A stretch of DNA of 63,185 nucleotides, the filler included. It is 6 parts of 6 records of this genome, joined end to end, with 100 filler letters (N's around TTAATTAATTAA, not from the genome) between each part and the next. Parts side by side here need not be neighbours in the genome. Positions count along the whole stretch, not along the records: positions 7,213 to 26,649 come from SRR20825019_1402; 5 more parts are not named here. One strand, 5' to 3'. The position numbers and the translations under genes are program-made. Positions 8,606-19,173 of this stretch are shown piece by piece. The notes under the pieces are model-generated. The model ran no database searches and was not told the origin of the DNA. It saw nothing but the letters and a program-made list of their open reading frames with translations. Every line of letters starts with the position of its first letter. Position 1 is the first letter of the stretch.

Positions 8606-10597
8606 ATGGCCAGACAAAAAAAAGAAACCGAAAACCAGAACAGCCGCGCGCCAACGGAACTTGTAAATGCATTTGACGATGCCGTTAGCCGCCTTGCTGC
8701 AATCAACGCGATCGAGGGCGTTTCGCCCGTATTCGAAGTAATTGATGCGGCAAGGCCCCTGGTGCTCAGCCCCGAAGGGCTGGACGCAATCTACGAACGC
8801 GTTCCGGCCATTGAATCCGCCGGGTTCTTTGGTGGCAGCGATTGGGACTACCCCCAGACACTGGTGCCTTCCCTGGCTGCGCGTACGGTCCGCCACGGGG
8901 AGCCCACCGCAACACTGGTCGAATGCCTGAGCCAGATTCGCCTGTTGGCGGTCACCAAAGGCGACTACGTCCACGCTTCTATCTCGGCGGAACATGCCCA
9001 TAATTTCCTCGCCCAGGTGATGGCGATGAACCTGGACCTGGTGGTCAGTGATGACCTGCAGGAGAGCGACCGGCTGCGGCCCGATCAGCTCGGCCATGCC
9101 GTGCAGAACCTGTATCACTACCTGCTCCAGCATCTGGGATACGATAACCTGCTGGAGCACCTGGTGGCCGAAGTCTGGCGGATTCTGGAGCAGCGCCCGG
9201 TGCAGGTTGAGGGCGTCAAACACATGGTGACCCAGATTGCTGTCTGCCTGGAAAAACCCGATGCCCTGGGCGGAGAAGTCGGCGACGACGCCCTGCAACT
9301 GATCAACGCCGTATTCAGCCCCACTGAAGGTTGCCGTGAAGACCCCGGTTTTGAAGTCTATTCCGAACGACTGGCGGACATGGACGATGCCGCCCTGATG
9401 CAGGAAGCCATCGCCTTTGCCCAGGCCATGCACAACACCGGCCTGGTGTCGGCCTACATGCCGGTGTTCATACGCTACCTGCGCGGGCGCTGGAACGCCC
9501 TGATCCCCACAGCCCTCGGGTTGAGCTACACCGGTGCCGATGCATTCCACTGCTACCCTGCACTGATTCACCGCCTGATCGACGACGCCGTGTTTCCGGA
9601 AACCAGTCAATGCACTTACGGCCTGGCCATGATGCTGGAGCGGGGCATTCTTTACTCGCCACCGGTAGCGCCATCCCTGTGGCGCCAGATACGCATGACG
9701 CTTTGTGACGCCGCAGCCGAGAAGATCGCGACGGTCTTCGGCAGCAGCCACTCCCCCGAATGTTTTTTGCTTGCCGACGTACTCAACGTGCTAGGGCGGC
9801 CACTGGGCGTGGGCCAGGGCAACTACCCGACCTGCCAGTCCACCCGCGCCCTGTCCATGTGGGCGTACAACATGCCGGCAGAACTGCTGCGCATCCTTGC
9901 CTGGGCAGCGCGGGACGATGAGATCGTTATGCGCTTCGAAGGCAACAGCATTTCTTCAAAGGAGCTTGGCGCCGGACTGGCAACCGAACCGCCCGTGGAT
10001 GTCGATGCCGTATCCCTGCTGACCGTGCCGCATCTGGACCGTATCTATTTTGAAATGGGGCGGCGCAGTATTGGCCGCGGAGAGGATCCCCATAAATGGG
10101 TTAATGCAGAGTTTCACGGCGACCACGTCGGCCACGGATTTCGCATCGCCGTGGACGTTTTCACCGGCGGCCTGAAAGACTTCGAAGGGTTTGTCCGGGA
10201 TTTCTACGCCGCCTATCACCCGTTCTATAACGGCAACATTCCCGTGATCAATCCACAGCCGGCCGGTATCGCGGTGACCGACAGCGCCACGCGCTTTCTC
10301 GGCTGGCACGCCATCACCATCCAACGGCTCGCCATGGACCCCGACAAGACCATGCGCGTCTACTTTTTCAACCCCAACAACGACAGCGGCCAGAACTGGG
10401 GCCAGGGCGTCATCACCTCCACCCATGGCCACGGTGAACTCTTCGGCGAAGCCTCCTTACCGGTAGCCGAGTTCGTCTCCCGACTGTACGTGTTCCACTA
10501 TGACCCGATAGAAAAAGGCGAGCCGGGCGACATCCCTGCCGATGAAGTCAACCGGGCCATGGACCTGGCCCGGGGCAGTTGGGCTTCGGGGCGGTAG
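8606..10597 (+). CDS. Large protein with a putative C-terminal papain/calpain-like cysteine peptidase domain
   Basis: 663 aa from ATG 8606 (AAGGA upstream); GQGNYPTCQS ... WHAITI ... YFFNPN motifs. Confidence 0.7.
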   Translation: MARQKKETENQNSRAPTELVNAFDDAVSRLAAINAIEGVSPVFEVIDAARPLVLSPEGLDAIYERVPAIESAGFFGGSDWDYPQTLVPSLAARTVRHGEPTATLVECLSQIRLLAVTKGDYVHASISAEHAHNFLAQVMAMNLDLVVSDDLQESDRLRPDQLGHAVQNLYHYLLQHLGYDNLLEHLVAEVWRILEQRPVQVEGVKHMVTQIAVCLEKPDALGGEVGDDALQLINAVFSPTEGCREDPGFEVYSERLADMDDAALMQEAIAFAQAMHNTGLVSAYMPVFIRYLRGRWNALIPTALGLSYTGADAFHCYPALIHRLIDDAVFPETSQCTYGLAMMLERGILYSPPVAPSLWRQIRMTLCDAAAEKIATVFGSSHSPECFLLADVLNVLGRPLGVGQGNYPTCQSTRALSMWAYNMPAELLRILAWAARDDEIVMRFEGNSISSKELGAGLATEPPVDVDAVSLLTVPHLDRIYFEMGRRSIGRGEDPHKWVNAEFHGDHVGHGFRIAVDVFTGGLKDFEGFVRDFYAAYHPFYNGNIPVINPQPAGIAVTDSATRFLGWHAITIQRLAMDPDKTMRVYFFNPNNDSGQNWGQGVITSTHGHGELFGEASLPVAEFVSRLYVFHYDPIEKGEPGDIPADEVNRAMDLARGSWASGR

Positions 10598-10803
10598 ACA
10601 ACGCAATGTACTGACCTTTCAAGAACCGCATCAGGCGCCAGCCTACGCTTTCCCAAGGCTCTGGACCACGCTCTCCAACGCCGGCCAGGTTCGCAATCTG
10701 GTAACAGTCCGCAAGTAAATCGTCCTCTCTCGAATCACATACGGCCCAAAAAGCTCGGCCGTCTCGTGCGACCCTGTTTGAAACTTGATAAGCGGAATCG
10801 GCA

Positions 10804-11676
10804 ATGTTTCAAAAGCAAAGACTCACCCATCAGTCACGGGCTGTCATCACAGGCTCTGGAAGCGGCATCGGCAAAGCCCTCGCATTGGAGCTGGCCCGTC
10901 GCAAGGGGCTCATCGTCTGTTCGGACATCAGCCTGCAAGCGGCTGAGCAGACCGCCCGGGAGGTTCGGGCAGAAGGCGGCGAGGCCTGGGCTGTCGCCTG
11001 CGACGTTAGCGATCTGGCGCAGGTTGAGGCACTGGCCCAGCAAGCTCAGGAGCTACTGCCGCAACCCCTGAACCTGGTGATCAACAACGCCGGCATCGGT
11101 ATCGGCGGCCAGAAGATCGGCGACGTCCCAATCGCGGATTGGGCCTGGACCATCAACATCAACCTGTGGGGCGTTATCCACGGCTGCCACGTGTTCACGC
11201 CGCTTTTGAAGGGCCAGACAGCCGCCGGCATTATCAATGTTGCCTCCACAGCGGCCTTCTCCGCGGCACCGTTGATGGGGCCCTACAACGCCACCAAAGC
11301 GGCCGCCCTGGCGGTTTCGGAAACATTGGCCGCGGAGCTCTCCGAAACCAACGTTCAGGTCACCGCGCTCTGCCCCACCCTGGTGAAAACCAACATTGCC
11401 GCCAATGGCCGGATCACTGGCGATTCCGGTGCCCTGTTCAACCGGTTGATGGACCGTTTCGGAATGTCAGCCGAACAGGTGGCCAGAATCACCCTCAATG
11501 GCCTGGACCGGGGCCAGCTGTATGTGATGCCGCAACTGGACGCAAAACTGATCTGGCGCCTGAAACGACTGCTGCCAAGCGGCTACGCCGTCGGCACAGG
11601 CTTGCTGAACCGTTTTGTCAGTAAGACCGGGAGCGTAACCGAAGAAGAGACAGCGAGAGCTAGACTCCATGGCTAA
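10804..11676 (+). CDS. SDR family oxidoreductase
   Basis: TGSGSGIG, NNAG and YNATK (YxxxK). Confidence 0.93.
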   Translation: MFQKQRLTHQSRAVITGSGSGIGKALALELARRKGLIVCSDISLQAAEQTAREVRAEGGEAWAVACDVSDLAQVEALAQQAQELLPQPLNLVINNAGIGIGGQKIGDVPIADWAWTININLWGVIHGCHVFTPLLKGQTAAGIINVASTAAFSAAPLMGPYNATKAAALAVSETLAAELSETNVQVTALCPTLVKTNIAANGRITGDSGALFNRLMDRFGMSAEQVARITLNGLDRGQLYVMPQLDAKLIWRLKRLLPSGYAVGTGLLNRFVSKTGSVTEEETARARLHG

Positions 11677-12595
11677 AATCGACCTGGACAAGATGTTGGA
11701 GAAGATCAAGAGCTCCCAGTGGTCACTGTCCGACGTGGATTGGGACGCACCGGGAGCCGAGCTGATAACCGCCGAACAGTGGCCCAAACTGAAAGCCTTC
11801 ATGGCCGACCTGATGTGGATCGAACATGTAGGTGCCCGCGCTTTCGCAGCCATGGCCAAGAAAGCACCGGATGACACGCTGCGGGAAATCTACACCTATT
11901 TCCACGCCGAAGAACAGCGCCACGCCAACGCCGAAATGGCGCTGATGAAGCGCTGGGGCATGCTGGAAGAAAACGAGCTGCCCGAGCCCAACAACAACCT
12001 GCGTCTGGTGATCGAGTGGCTGGACCGCTTTGCCGACGACCAGCCCGTGTACGTGCTGGGCACCGTGGTCCCCATGCTGGAGATTGCGCTTGATGGTGCC
12101 CTCTGCAAGTTCCTGCTGGAAACCGTGGACGACCCCGTCTGCCATCAGGCCTTTGAGCTGATCAACAACGACGAGTCCCGGCACCTTGGCGTTGGCTTCA
12201 CGGTGATGGAAATGCAAGGCCATGGAAAAACCTACAGGGAACTGGCGCGTATGGTGGCCCAGTTGATGGACCCCCGGCTGATCCTCGGTATCGCCTCCTA
12301 CTTTCCGTTGCTGAACAAGATGCGCGACAACATCATCGAAATGGGCCTGCCGGAAGAGAAACTGTACGCAGCCATGCAGAAATTCGAAAAGATTGGTGGC
12401 CGCTCAGAAGACGGCCGGCGCAACCCCTGGTTCCAGATCATCAAATACCACGGGCGTTTCGTGGTGGATCGGGGTAACCGGTTCTACCACAAGCCGATCG
12501 ACGCCTTGGTCAAAGTGACCGACGCCATCCCCCGGCGCGCCTTTCCCGCTGTACCCAGCTGGGTGCGCGAAATCACCTACCAGACGACGGCCTGA
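11669..12595 (+). CDS. Ferritin-like di-iron carboxylate protein
   Basis: E...EQRH...E...ESRH di-iron ligand pattern; overlaps the SDR stop codon. Confidence 0.82.
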   Translation: MAKIDLDKMLEKIKSSQWSLSDVDWDAPGAELITAEQWPKLKAFMADLMWIEHVGARAFAAMAKKAPDDTLREIYTYFHAEEQRHANAEMALMKRWGMLEENELPEPNNNLRLVIEWLDRFADDQPVYVLGTVVPMLEIALDGALCKFLLETVDDPVCHQAFELINNDESRHLGVGFTVMEMQGHGKTYRELARMVAQLMDPRLILGIASYFPLLNKMRDNIIEMGLPEEKLYAAMQKFEKIGGRSEDGRRNPWFQIIKYHGRFVVDRGNRFYHKPIDALVKVTDAIPRRAFPAVPSWVREITYQTTA

Positions 12596-12599
12596 CACC

Positions 12600-14078
12600 A
12601 TGACTGACGCACAGACGACGACTGTGGTTACCACCCTGATCATCGGGGCCGGTTTTGCCGGCCTCGGCACCGCCATTCGCCTGCAGCAGGAAGGCATCGA
12701 TGACATGGTCATACTGGAACGGGACAAGCAGGTAGGTGGAACCTGGCGGGATAACCAATACCCCGGTGCCGCCTGCGACATCCCCTCAAACCTGTATTCC
12801 TATTCGTTTGCGCCAAACCCGGATTGGTCCCGAAGCTTCTCCGGTGCTCGCGAGATCCTGGGCTACATCCACCATCTGGTGAACCAGTTTGACCTGGCCC
12901 GATACATTCGCTTTGGCACCAACGTCACCGGCCTGAACTGGGATCAGGATAGGGGCGTATGGGAGGCCACCACCGAGGGCGGAGAAACCTACTACGCAAA
13001 AACCGTGGTGATGGCCCAGGGACCGTTATCGAACCCGGGCTTTCCGAATATTGCAGGCATCGAAGACTTTCAGGGCAAAAAAATCCACAGCGCCCAGTGG
13101 GACCACAGCTACAACCTGGAAGGCAAGCGTGTCGGGGTAATCGGCACCGGTGCCAGCGCCATCCAGATCGTGCCAAGCATCGTGGGCAAGGTCGACAAGC
13201 TGACCGTGTTCCAGAGGACACCACCCTGGGTGATGCCACGGCCAGATTTCGAAACGCCGGACTGGCAGAAGCTGGCGTTTCGAAAACTGCCCCTGAGCCA
13301 GAACGCATTGCGCAAGGCGCTCTACCTCGCCCACGAATCCATGGCTCTTGGGGTGATCTGGAACTCACCCCTCACTCGCCTGGCGGAGCGGCTGGGCAAG
13401 TGGCACCTGCGCAATCAAGTGAAGGATCGCTGGCTTCGCCGCCAGCTAACCCCAAACTACCGCCTGGGCTGCAAGCGGGTATTGGTATCCAGCGACTATT
13501 ACCCGGCCCTACAGCAACCCAATTGCAAGTTGATCACCTGGCCCATTGCCCGGATCGATGAAAACGGAGTGCGCACGGTTGAGGGCATCGAGCACCAGTT
13601 CGACTGCCTGATTTTTGCCACCGGTTTCAACGTCAGCAACGCGGGCACACCGTTTCCGATAACCGGTGTGGATGGCCGGCAATTGAACGAAGAATGGAAA
13701 CGGGGCGCATCGGCTTACAAAAGCATCAATGTTTCCGGCTACCCGAACCTTTTCCTGACGTTCGGCCCCAACTCCGGCCCCGGGCATAACTCCGCTCTGG
13801 TGTATATGGAGTCGCAGATTAACTATATTGTTAAAGCCGTGCGCACCATCACCAGCCTTGACCTGAAAGGATTGGACGTGCGCCAGAGCGCACAGGAAAG
13901 TCACAATCGTGCGATACAAAAGCGCCTGTCACGAACCAACTGGAACTCCGGCTGCAAAAGCTGGTATCTCACCGAGGATGGGTTTAACGCGACGATGTAT
14001 CCGGGATTTGCCACACAGTATGCGCTGCAAATGAAAGAGGTAGTTCTGAAAGACTATCGGCTTCTGCCGCATAGCTGA
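12600..14078 (+). CDS. Flavin-containing (Baeyer-Villiger type) monooxygenase
   Basis: GAGFAG, GGTWRDNQYPGAACD, fingerprint FQGKKIHSAQWD, GTGASA, ATGF. Confidence 0.93.
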   Translation: MTDAQTTTVVTTLIIGAGFAGLGTAIRLQQEGIDDMVILERDKQVGGTWRDNQYPGAACDIPSNLYSYSFAPNPDWSRSFSGAREILGYIHHLVNQFDLARYIRFGTNVTGLNWDQDRGVWEATTEGGETYYAKTVVMAQGPLSNPGFPNIAGIEDFQGKKIHSAQWDHSYNLEGKRVGVIGTGASAIQIVPSIVGKVDKLTVFQRTPPWVMPRPDFETPDWQKLAFRKLPLSQNALRKALYLAHESMALGVIWNSPLTRLAERLGKWHLRNQVKDRWLRRQLTPNYRLGCKRVLVSSDYYPALQQPNCKLITWPIARIDENGVRTVEGIEHQFDCLIFATGFNVSNAGTPFPITGVDGRQLNEEWKRGASAYKSINVSGYPNLFLTFGPNSGPGHNSALVYMESQINYIVKAVRTITSLDLKGLDVRQSAQESHNRAIQKRLSRTNWNSGCKSWYLTEDGFNATMYPGFATQYALQMKEVVLKDYRLLPHS

Positions 14079-14150
14079 AGAGTCTTTCAAAATCTCCAAC
14101 GCTTCGGGGCGCATTTTGCTGTGGGTATCTGCGATCACACCAATTTGCAT
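14079..14150 (-). pseudogene. 5' remnant of a YfcE/MJ0936-like metallophosphoesterase gene
   Basis: MQIGVIADTHSKMRPEALEIL just downstream of slyD; resemblance ends where the convergent BVMO gene ends. Confidence 0.6.
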
Positions 14151-14168
14151 CTACGCCCCCTTTTATCT

Positions 14169-14648
14169 TCAGTGATGCCCACCCGGCCCATGCGCGTGGC
14201 CGTGCGCTATCTCTTCCGCATCGGCGGCACGTACTTCGATCACTTCGATATCGAAGGTCAGGGTTTTACCGGCCATCGGGTGGTTGGTGTCGACATCGGC
14301 AAATTTGAGGCCGACCTTGGCAACGACCACATGGCGCGGGCCCTGCTCGGTTTGCACTTGGGCGATCATGCCCCGCTTCCAGCGTTTGGCACCCATCAAA
14401 TGCTTGACCGGCACGCGCTGCACGGCATCGGCCTTGCGCGGGCCGTAGGCTTTTTCCGGAGTGACGGTAACGCTGAACGTATCGCCGGCTTCGCGACCTT
14501 CCAGAGCTTCTTCCAGACCCTGGATAACGCCGCCGTGGCCATGCAGATACGCGTTCGGCTGACCGCCACGGGAATTTTCAACTTCGTTGCCCTGTTCATC
14601 ACGGACACTGTAGTGAAACAGGACCACCTGATTCTTTTCGATTGGCAT
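14169..14648 (-). CDS. slyD: FKBP-type peptidyl-prolyl isomerase SlyD (short His tail)
   Basis: YLHGHG, PEKAYG, VDTNHPMAGKTLTFDIEV, EEIAHGHAHGPGGHH; start ATG 14648. Confidence 0.93.
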   Translation of the reverse strand: MPIEKNQVVLFHYSVRDEQGNEVENSRGGQPNAYLHGHGGVIQGLEEALEGREAGDTFSVTVTPEKAYGPRKADAVQRVPVKHLMGAKRWKRGMIAQVQTEQGPRHVVVAKVGLKFADVDTNHPMAGKTLTFDIEVIEVRAADAEEIAHGHAHGPGGHH

Positions 14649-14864
14649 AGGATAGGTTCTCTTCGACGGTTCAATGTACGCCATTATACCCAGTGGCGGC
14701 ACTGACTTCAGTGAAGGCAAATCAGACCTGCCTCGGTTCACTTCCATCTGATAACAGGTCGCGGAACTTTTTTCAGCAAGCTATGATCAGGTAACAACAC
14801 TCTCCGTTAATTCGAAATCTGACCCACACTCTGATTTTCCTCCAACAGCAGATGAGGTTCATGA

Positions 14865-17276
14865 ATGGTAGGCGCCAACTTGGGAGTAAAGTATCAGGAG
14901 CTCAGACAGCAGTATGCTCAAAACCTTCCAAGCCGCGCAAAGGAACTGAGAGCTTCCTGGAGCCATTTGCAACATGTCAATTGGGACAAGAAAACACTGT
15001 TGCTCATGGATCGGTGCGCCCACAAGCTGTCGGGCAGCGGAACTACGTTCCAGTTTTCTGCCATCAGCGAAAGTGCACAGGTCCTCGAGAGCCAGTTGCA
15101 GCACGTGCTGAATAAACCGGTAGCAACTCCCATAGAACGTGACCAGATTGAAGCCTCGCTCCAGGCTCTGGAGCGGGCCATTGACCAGGCTATCAATACC
15201 GCCACCCAGAACGAAACGGCCCCGGCGGCTGTGACTGTCATAAACCATCACCGAATCGCCGTCATCGAGGACGATCGCAACCAGGCGGTTTTTCTGCAGG
15301 GTTGGTTGGAACAACGGGGCTTTGATGTTGACACGTTCGACACGCCAAACGCCTTTAGCCAACAAACAAACGACTACTACCACTTGATTCTTCTGGACAT
15401 CAGCTTCCCCGACGGCGCTTTGGAGGGAATAACGCTTCTTGACCGCCTCAAGCACCAGGTGGATGCCTGTAGCCCGGTGATCATGATGTCAGCCCGAAAT
15501 GACATCGTCGCACGTATGCGGGCTATGCGGGCCGGCGCGGATGGCTACATCACCAAACCCCTGGATATGGACGCGCTGGAGAAGCGGATCGATCAGCTAC
15601 TCAGCACCAGTGTCAGGCAAAGGGTACTTTGGGTGGATGACGACAGCGACCTGCTCGCCTACTATCAAGACTTACTGTTCAATCAAGGTTACGAAGTAGA
15701 AGGCCTTTCCCAGCCCGCGAGAATTCTCGAGCGCATCGAACAGTTCCAACCTGACGCCATCGTGCTGGACCACGAAATGCCGGGAGTTCAAGGTCTGGAA
15801 CTTGCCCGCGCGCTGCGCCAGGACCCAAGATATCTCACCATCCCCATCCTGTTTGTGTCAGCGTCGCAGGCAGTGGCCGACCACCTCGAGACGAACAGCA
15901 TGGCGGGCAATGAGTTCTTCCAGAAACCACTCGACAATCAACGATTCTTGGCGGCGCTGCATCATCACCTGGCACAGGCTCAACGCATCTCGGCGCGCAT
16001 CAACCTGGTCAGTCAACGCAAAGAACGTCAGGGCTTGCAGAACCATGACTTTTTTCTGACCGAACTGGCCTCCTCCCTCGCTTATCTTGAGGCCTCGCCT
16101 AACAACCAGGCGCGGTTTCTGGTCCAGGTGGGAATCGACCGCGAGGAGTACCTGCGCGCACAGCATGGCGCACGCGCACTGGCCAGTTTAACTGCCCGCA
16201 TGGAGCACCACTTCGCGGACCAATTGGGTGCCAGGGATTCCGGCTGTCGCCTGGGCGGCGGCAGCTTCCTGTTTCAAATAACCGCGCCTGTAGCCGAGGA
16301 CGCAAGTGCCTATCTGGACCAGTTTCACCAACGCCTGAACAGCCCGGCATGGTCCCTGGGTGAACCGCCGAATTCCGTTACCGTCAGTATGGGCGTATTG
16401 CCTCTTACAGAAGCGGTGAATGAAGACAAGGCCCTGATGGAAGTCGAGCAGGCTTGTTGTGAGGCCATGCAGGCGGACAACGCTCGGGTGGTCTGGCGGC
16501 GGGCGCCGGAGCGTTCCGATCATAGCAAACTGGATGATCGCATTCGGGAACTGCTAGATGCCCAGGCCTTCAAACTGCACTACCAGCCGATCGTGAATAT
16601 GAACTCCGGAGATACTGTCTTTGAAGCCCTGGTACGGCTAGTGGATGAAGACGATGCCTTGTATCTGCCCGGCCAGTTCTTGCCACAGCTGACAGAGGGA
16701 AATCATGGCACCTTGCATGATCTCGATCGTTGGGTCGTGGAGCACGCGCTTGAGGGACTCTCAGAGCTTTCGGGAAAAGCCGCAGCGGGTTACTCCGTGG
16801 CGATCAAACTCGCGTCCCCCATGGCGGATGTAGCCAGAATGATGCCCTTTCTCAGCAGCGGTATGCGCAACGCGAGCATCAAAGGCAAACGCCGCATTTA
16901 CCTCGCATTGTCCAGCCCAACCGTGATCAAAGACGTCGCAAAGGCCAAGCAGGTATTAAACGTGCTGCACGGCATGAACTGTGGTCTTATCATCGAGCAC
17001 GTTGAGACCGGCCCGGCATCGATTGAACTGCTGAAAGAGTTGCCGACCGTGGAATTCGTGAAGCTGGCTCCAAAGTATGGCACCAGCGCCGAGCAGACGG
17101 CTGAACTGGAAAACATGCTTCGCCAGCTTACCGGGGTCTTCGGGTCGAGCCAGCCAATCGTAGCCACCCGGGTCGAAGACGCCAAGGCTCTGACGTGGTT
17201 CTGGGACCGTGGCATCCGCCATTTTCAGGGGCACTTCATCCAGGCGCCGGAAGTGGCCATGACCTTCGAGCTCTGA
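14865..17276 (+). CDS. Hpt-REC-REC-GGDEF-EAL signalling protein with degenerate output domains
   Basis: Hpt AHKLSGSG; two receiver domains with intact Asp and Lys; GGGSF in place of GGDEF; EAL present but DDFGTG replaced by EHVETG. Confidence 0.88.
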   Translation: MVGANLGVKYQELRQQYAQNLPSRAKELRASWSHLQHVNWDKKTLLLMDRCAHKLSGSGTTFQFSAISESAQVLESQLQHVLNKPVATPIERDQIEASLQALERAIDQAINTATQNETAPAAVTVINHHRIAVIEDDRNQAVFLQGWLEQRGFDVDTFDTPNAFSQQTNDYYHLILLDISFPDGALEGITLLDRLKHQVDACSPVIMMSARNDIVARMRAMRAGADGYITKPLDMDALEKRIDQLLSTSVRQRVLWVDDDSDLLAYYQDLLFNQGYEVEGLSQPARILERIEQFQPDAIVLDHEMPGVQGLELARALRQDPRYLTIPILFVSASQAVADHLETNSMAGNEFFQKPLDNQRFLAALHHHLAQAQRISARINLVSQRKERQGLQNHDFFLTELASSLAYLEASPNNQARFLVQVGIDREEYLRAQHGARALASLTARMEHHFADQLGARDSGCRLGGGSFLFQITAPVAEDASAYLDQFHQRLNSPAWSLGEPPNSVTVSMGVLPLTEAVNEDKALMEVEQACCEAMQADNARVVWRRAPERSDHSKLDDRIRELLDAQAFKLHYQPIVNMNSGDTVFEALVRLVDEDDALYLPGQFLPQLTEGNHGTLHDLDRWVVEHALEGLSELSGKAAAGYSVAIKLASPMADVARMMPFLSSGMRNASIKGKRRIYLALSSPTVIKDVAKAKQVLNVLHGMNCGLIIEHVETGPASIELLKELPTVEFVKLAPKYGTSAEQTAELENMLRQLTGVFGSSQPIVATRVEDAKALTWFWDRGIRHFQGHFIQAPEVAMTFEL

Positions 17277-17290
17277 GCATCACGACCTCG

Positions 17291-17380
17291 TGCGCGCAAC
17301 CAGGCGCTAACGCCCCCCGGTTCGGCAGCGTGCACTTCAATCAATTCGATATAGAAGGTCAGGGCTTTACTGGCCATCGG
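17291..17380 (-). pseudogene. Relic of the slyD 3' portion
   Basis: 17322-17380 matches slyD 14221-14279 at 50/59 nt, ungapped. Confidence 0.85.
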
Positions 17381-17382
17381 TT

Positions 17383-19173
17383 TTACACCTCATTCGCCTT
17401 ACGATAGCTACCCCGATAATCAAAAATCCGCTCCTGCACCTGCCAATAATGCTTCTGCTTGCGGGCAACAACAAAATCCGGCGCTGGCAACAAGGCCTGG
17501 CTCTCAAGTACTTCCTCCGCCTTGCTGAATGTTTTCGGCGCTCGGCCATTCGCGAAACGCCGCCCGAACAGCTTATTGAAAACGGTGCGCTGGCCAGGCT
17601 TGCTGAAATCAAACGACTCCCTGAGTTCCTCCCCGTCCTCGCCGTGATAGGTCACTCTCAGCTTGTTTCCATCAACACTGAGTGCAATTCCAGCGCAACG
17701 GATCACCATGGCATCCTTGAGCTTCAGCGCATCTCTCAGCTGATCATCCGGGTCGATAATGGCTTTCTGGCATCGGTGACAGTTGCGGGCGGCAATATCG
17801 TTCTCGCCACCGCAGTGGGGACACTCCTTGAAGCGAAAACGGTAATCACACTGCTCAAGGCGACCTTTCTGCGAAGCAGGCTCGTCTACGTCCACAGGCT
17901 CCAGAAGCCCCTGACAACGGCGCCCGTAGTGCTCGATCACACGGCCTTCACTGTCTGTTTTGCCCCAGAAGATATTGGCAAAGCCACAGCCCGGGCAAAA
18001 CACCTGCACCGGCTCACTGTCCGGGTTCGGTTTCGGTTCGCCCACCTCCGGATGATGCAGATTCACGTGGTTGCCCGCGTAATCAATCACCAGGCAATCC
18101 TGCTTGCCCTCGTCAAGGCGAAGACCTCGGCCCACGATCTGCTGATACAGGCTGACCGACTGGGTAGGCCGAAGAATGGCAATAACGTCCACATGGGGCG
18201 CATCAAAGCCCGTGGTGAGCACGGATACGTTCACCAAGTACTTCAACTGCCGCTGTTTGAATCGTTGAATCAGCATGTCCCGATCTTTCTGATCGGTCGC
18301 GCCAGTTACCAAAGCGGTCTCATATTCAGGAAGATAACCGGTGATCTCCCTCGCATGCTCCACCGTGGCCGCAAAGATCATCACTCCCTGGCGCTCAGCG
18401 GCCAGTTCCATCACCTGCTCAATGATCGCGCGGGTCACACGCTTGTGTTTGCTCAGCAGCTGGTTGACGTCCTTCTCGGCATACTCGCCAAAGCGGTCCC
18501 GAGCCAGCGCGGAGAAATCGTATTGCGCCACTGCCGCATTCACCAACTCGGGCCGGGTGAGATACCCCCGATTGATCATATAGCTCAACGGCAGTTCGTA
18601 AATGCAGTGCTGAAAGGGCTTGTCCTGCTCGTCAACAGAGCCACGAACAAAGCCCCGGTAGTGATAACGATAGATCCAGCCCATGGCCAGACGGTAGGGC
18701 GTAGCGGTCAGCCCGAGCACTTTGAGGGCGTCATTCTGTTGCCGTAGCAACTCAATGATGCGTTGATACTGACTGGTTTCATCGCCGCTGACCCGATGAC
18801 ACTCATCGATGATGACCAGCGAGTATTCATCCCGGAACTGATCCAGATTCGCCGATACCGACTGCACACTGGCAAACGTCACCTGATGGTGGCTTTCCTT
18901 GCGCTTCAGCCCGGCGGAGAAGATGCCGCCGGCCAACCCATAACTCTGGTATTTGGCGTGATTTTGCTCCACAAGCTCTTTGACGTGGGTCAGCACCAGA
19001 ATCTTGCGCCGGGCAAGACGGGCCAGCTCGGCAATGACCAGGCTTTTGCCGGCGCCGGTTGGCAGCACGATGACGGCAGACTCATCGGATCTGCGGAAAT
19101 GATTCAGCGTGGCGTCGACGGCTTCCCGTTGGTACGGGCGGAGTTTGAAAGGGGCTCCTGAATACGCAGGCAT
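17383..19173 (-). CDS. radD: SF2 DEAD/DEAH-like DNA repair helicase RadD (YejH)
   Basis: [28 protein letters not shown], and Zn fingers CPGCG and CPHCG; start ATG 19173. Confidence 0.9.
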   Translation of the reverse strand: MPAYSGAPFKLRPYQREAVDATLNHFRRSDESAVIVLPTGAGKSLVIAELARLARRKILVLTHVKELVEQNHAKYQSYGLAGGIFSAGLKRKESHHQVTFASVQSVSANLDQFRDEYSLVIIDECHRVSGDETSQYQRIIELLRQQNDALKVLGLTATPYRLAMGWIYRYHYRGFVRGSVDEQDKPFQHCIYELPLSYMINRGYLTRPELVNAAVAQYDFSALARDRFGEYAEKDVNQLLSKHKRVTRAIIEQVMELAAERQGVMIFAATVEHAREITGYLPEYETALVTGATDQKDRDMLIQRFKQRQLKYLVNVSVLTTGFDAPHVDVIAILRPTQSVSLYQQIVGRGLRLDEGKQDCLVIDYAGNHVNLHHPEVGEPKPNPDSEPVQVFCPGCGFANIFWGKTDSEGRVIEHYGRRCQGLLEPVDVDEPASQKGRLEQCDYRFRFKECPHCGGENDIAARNCHRCQKAIIDPDDQLRDALKLKDAMVIRCAGIALSVDGNKLRVTYHGEDGEELRESFDFSKPGQRTVFNKLFGRRFANGRAPKTFSKAEEVLESQALLPAPDFVVARKQKHYWQVQERIFDYRGSYRKANEV

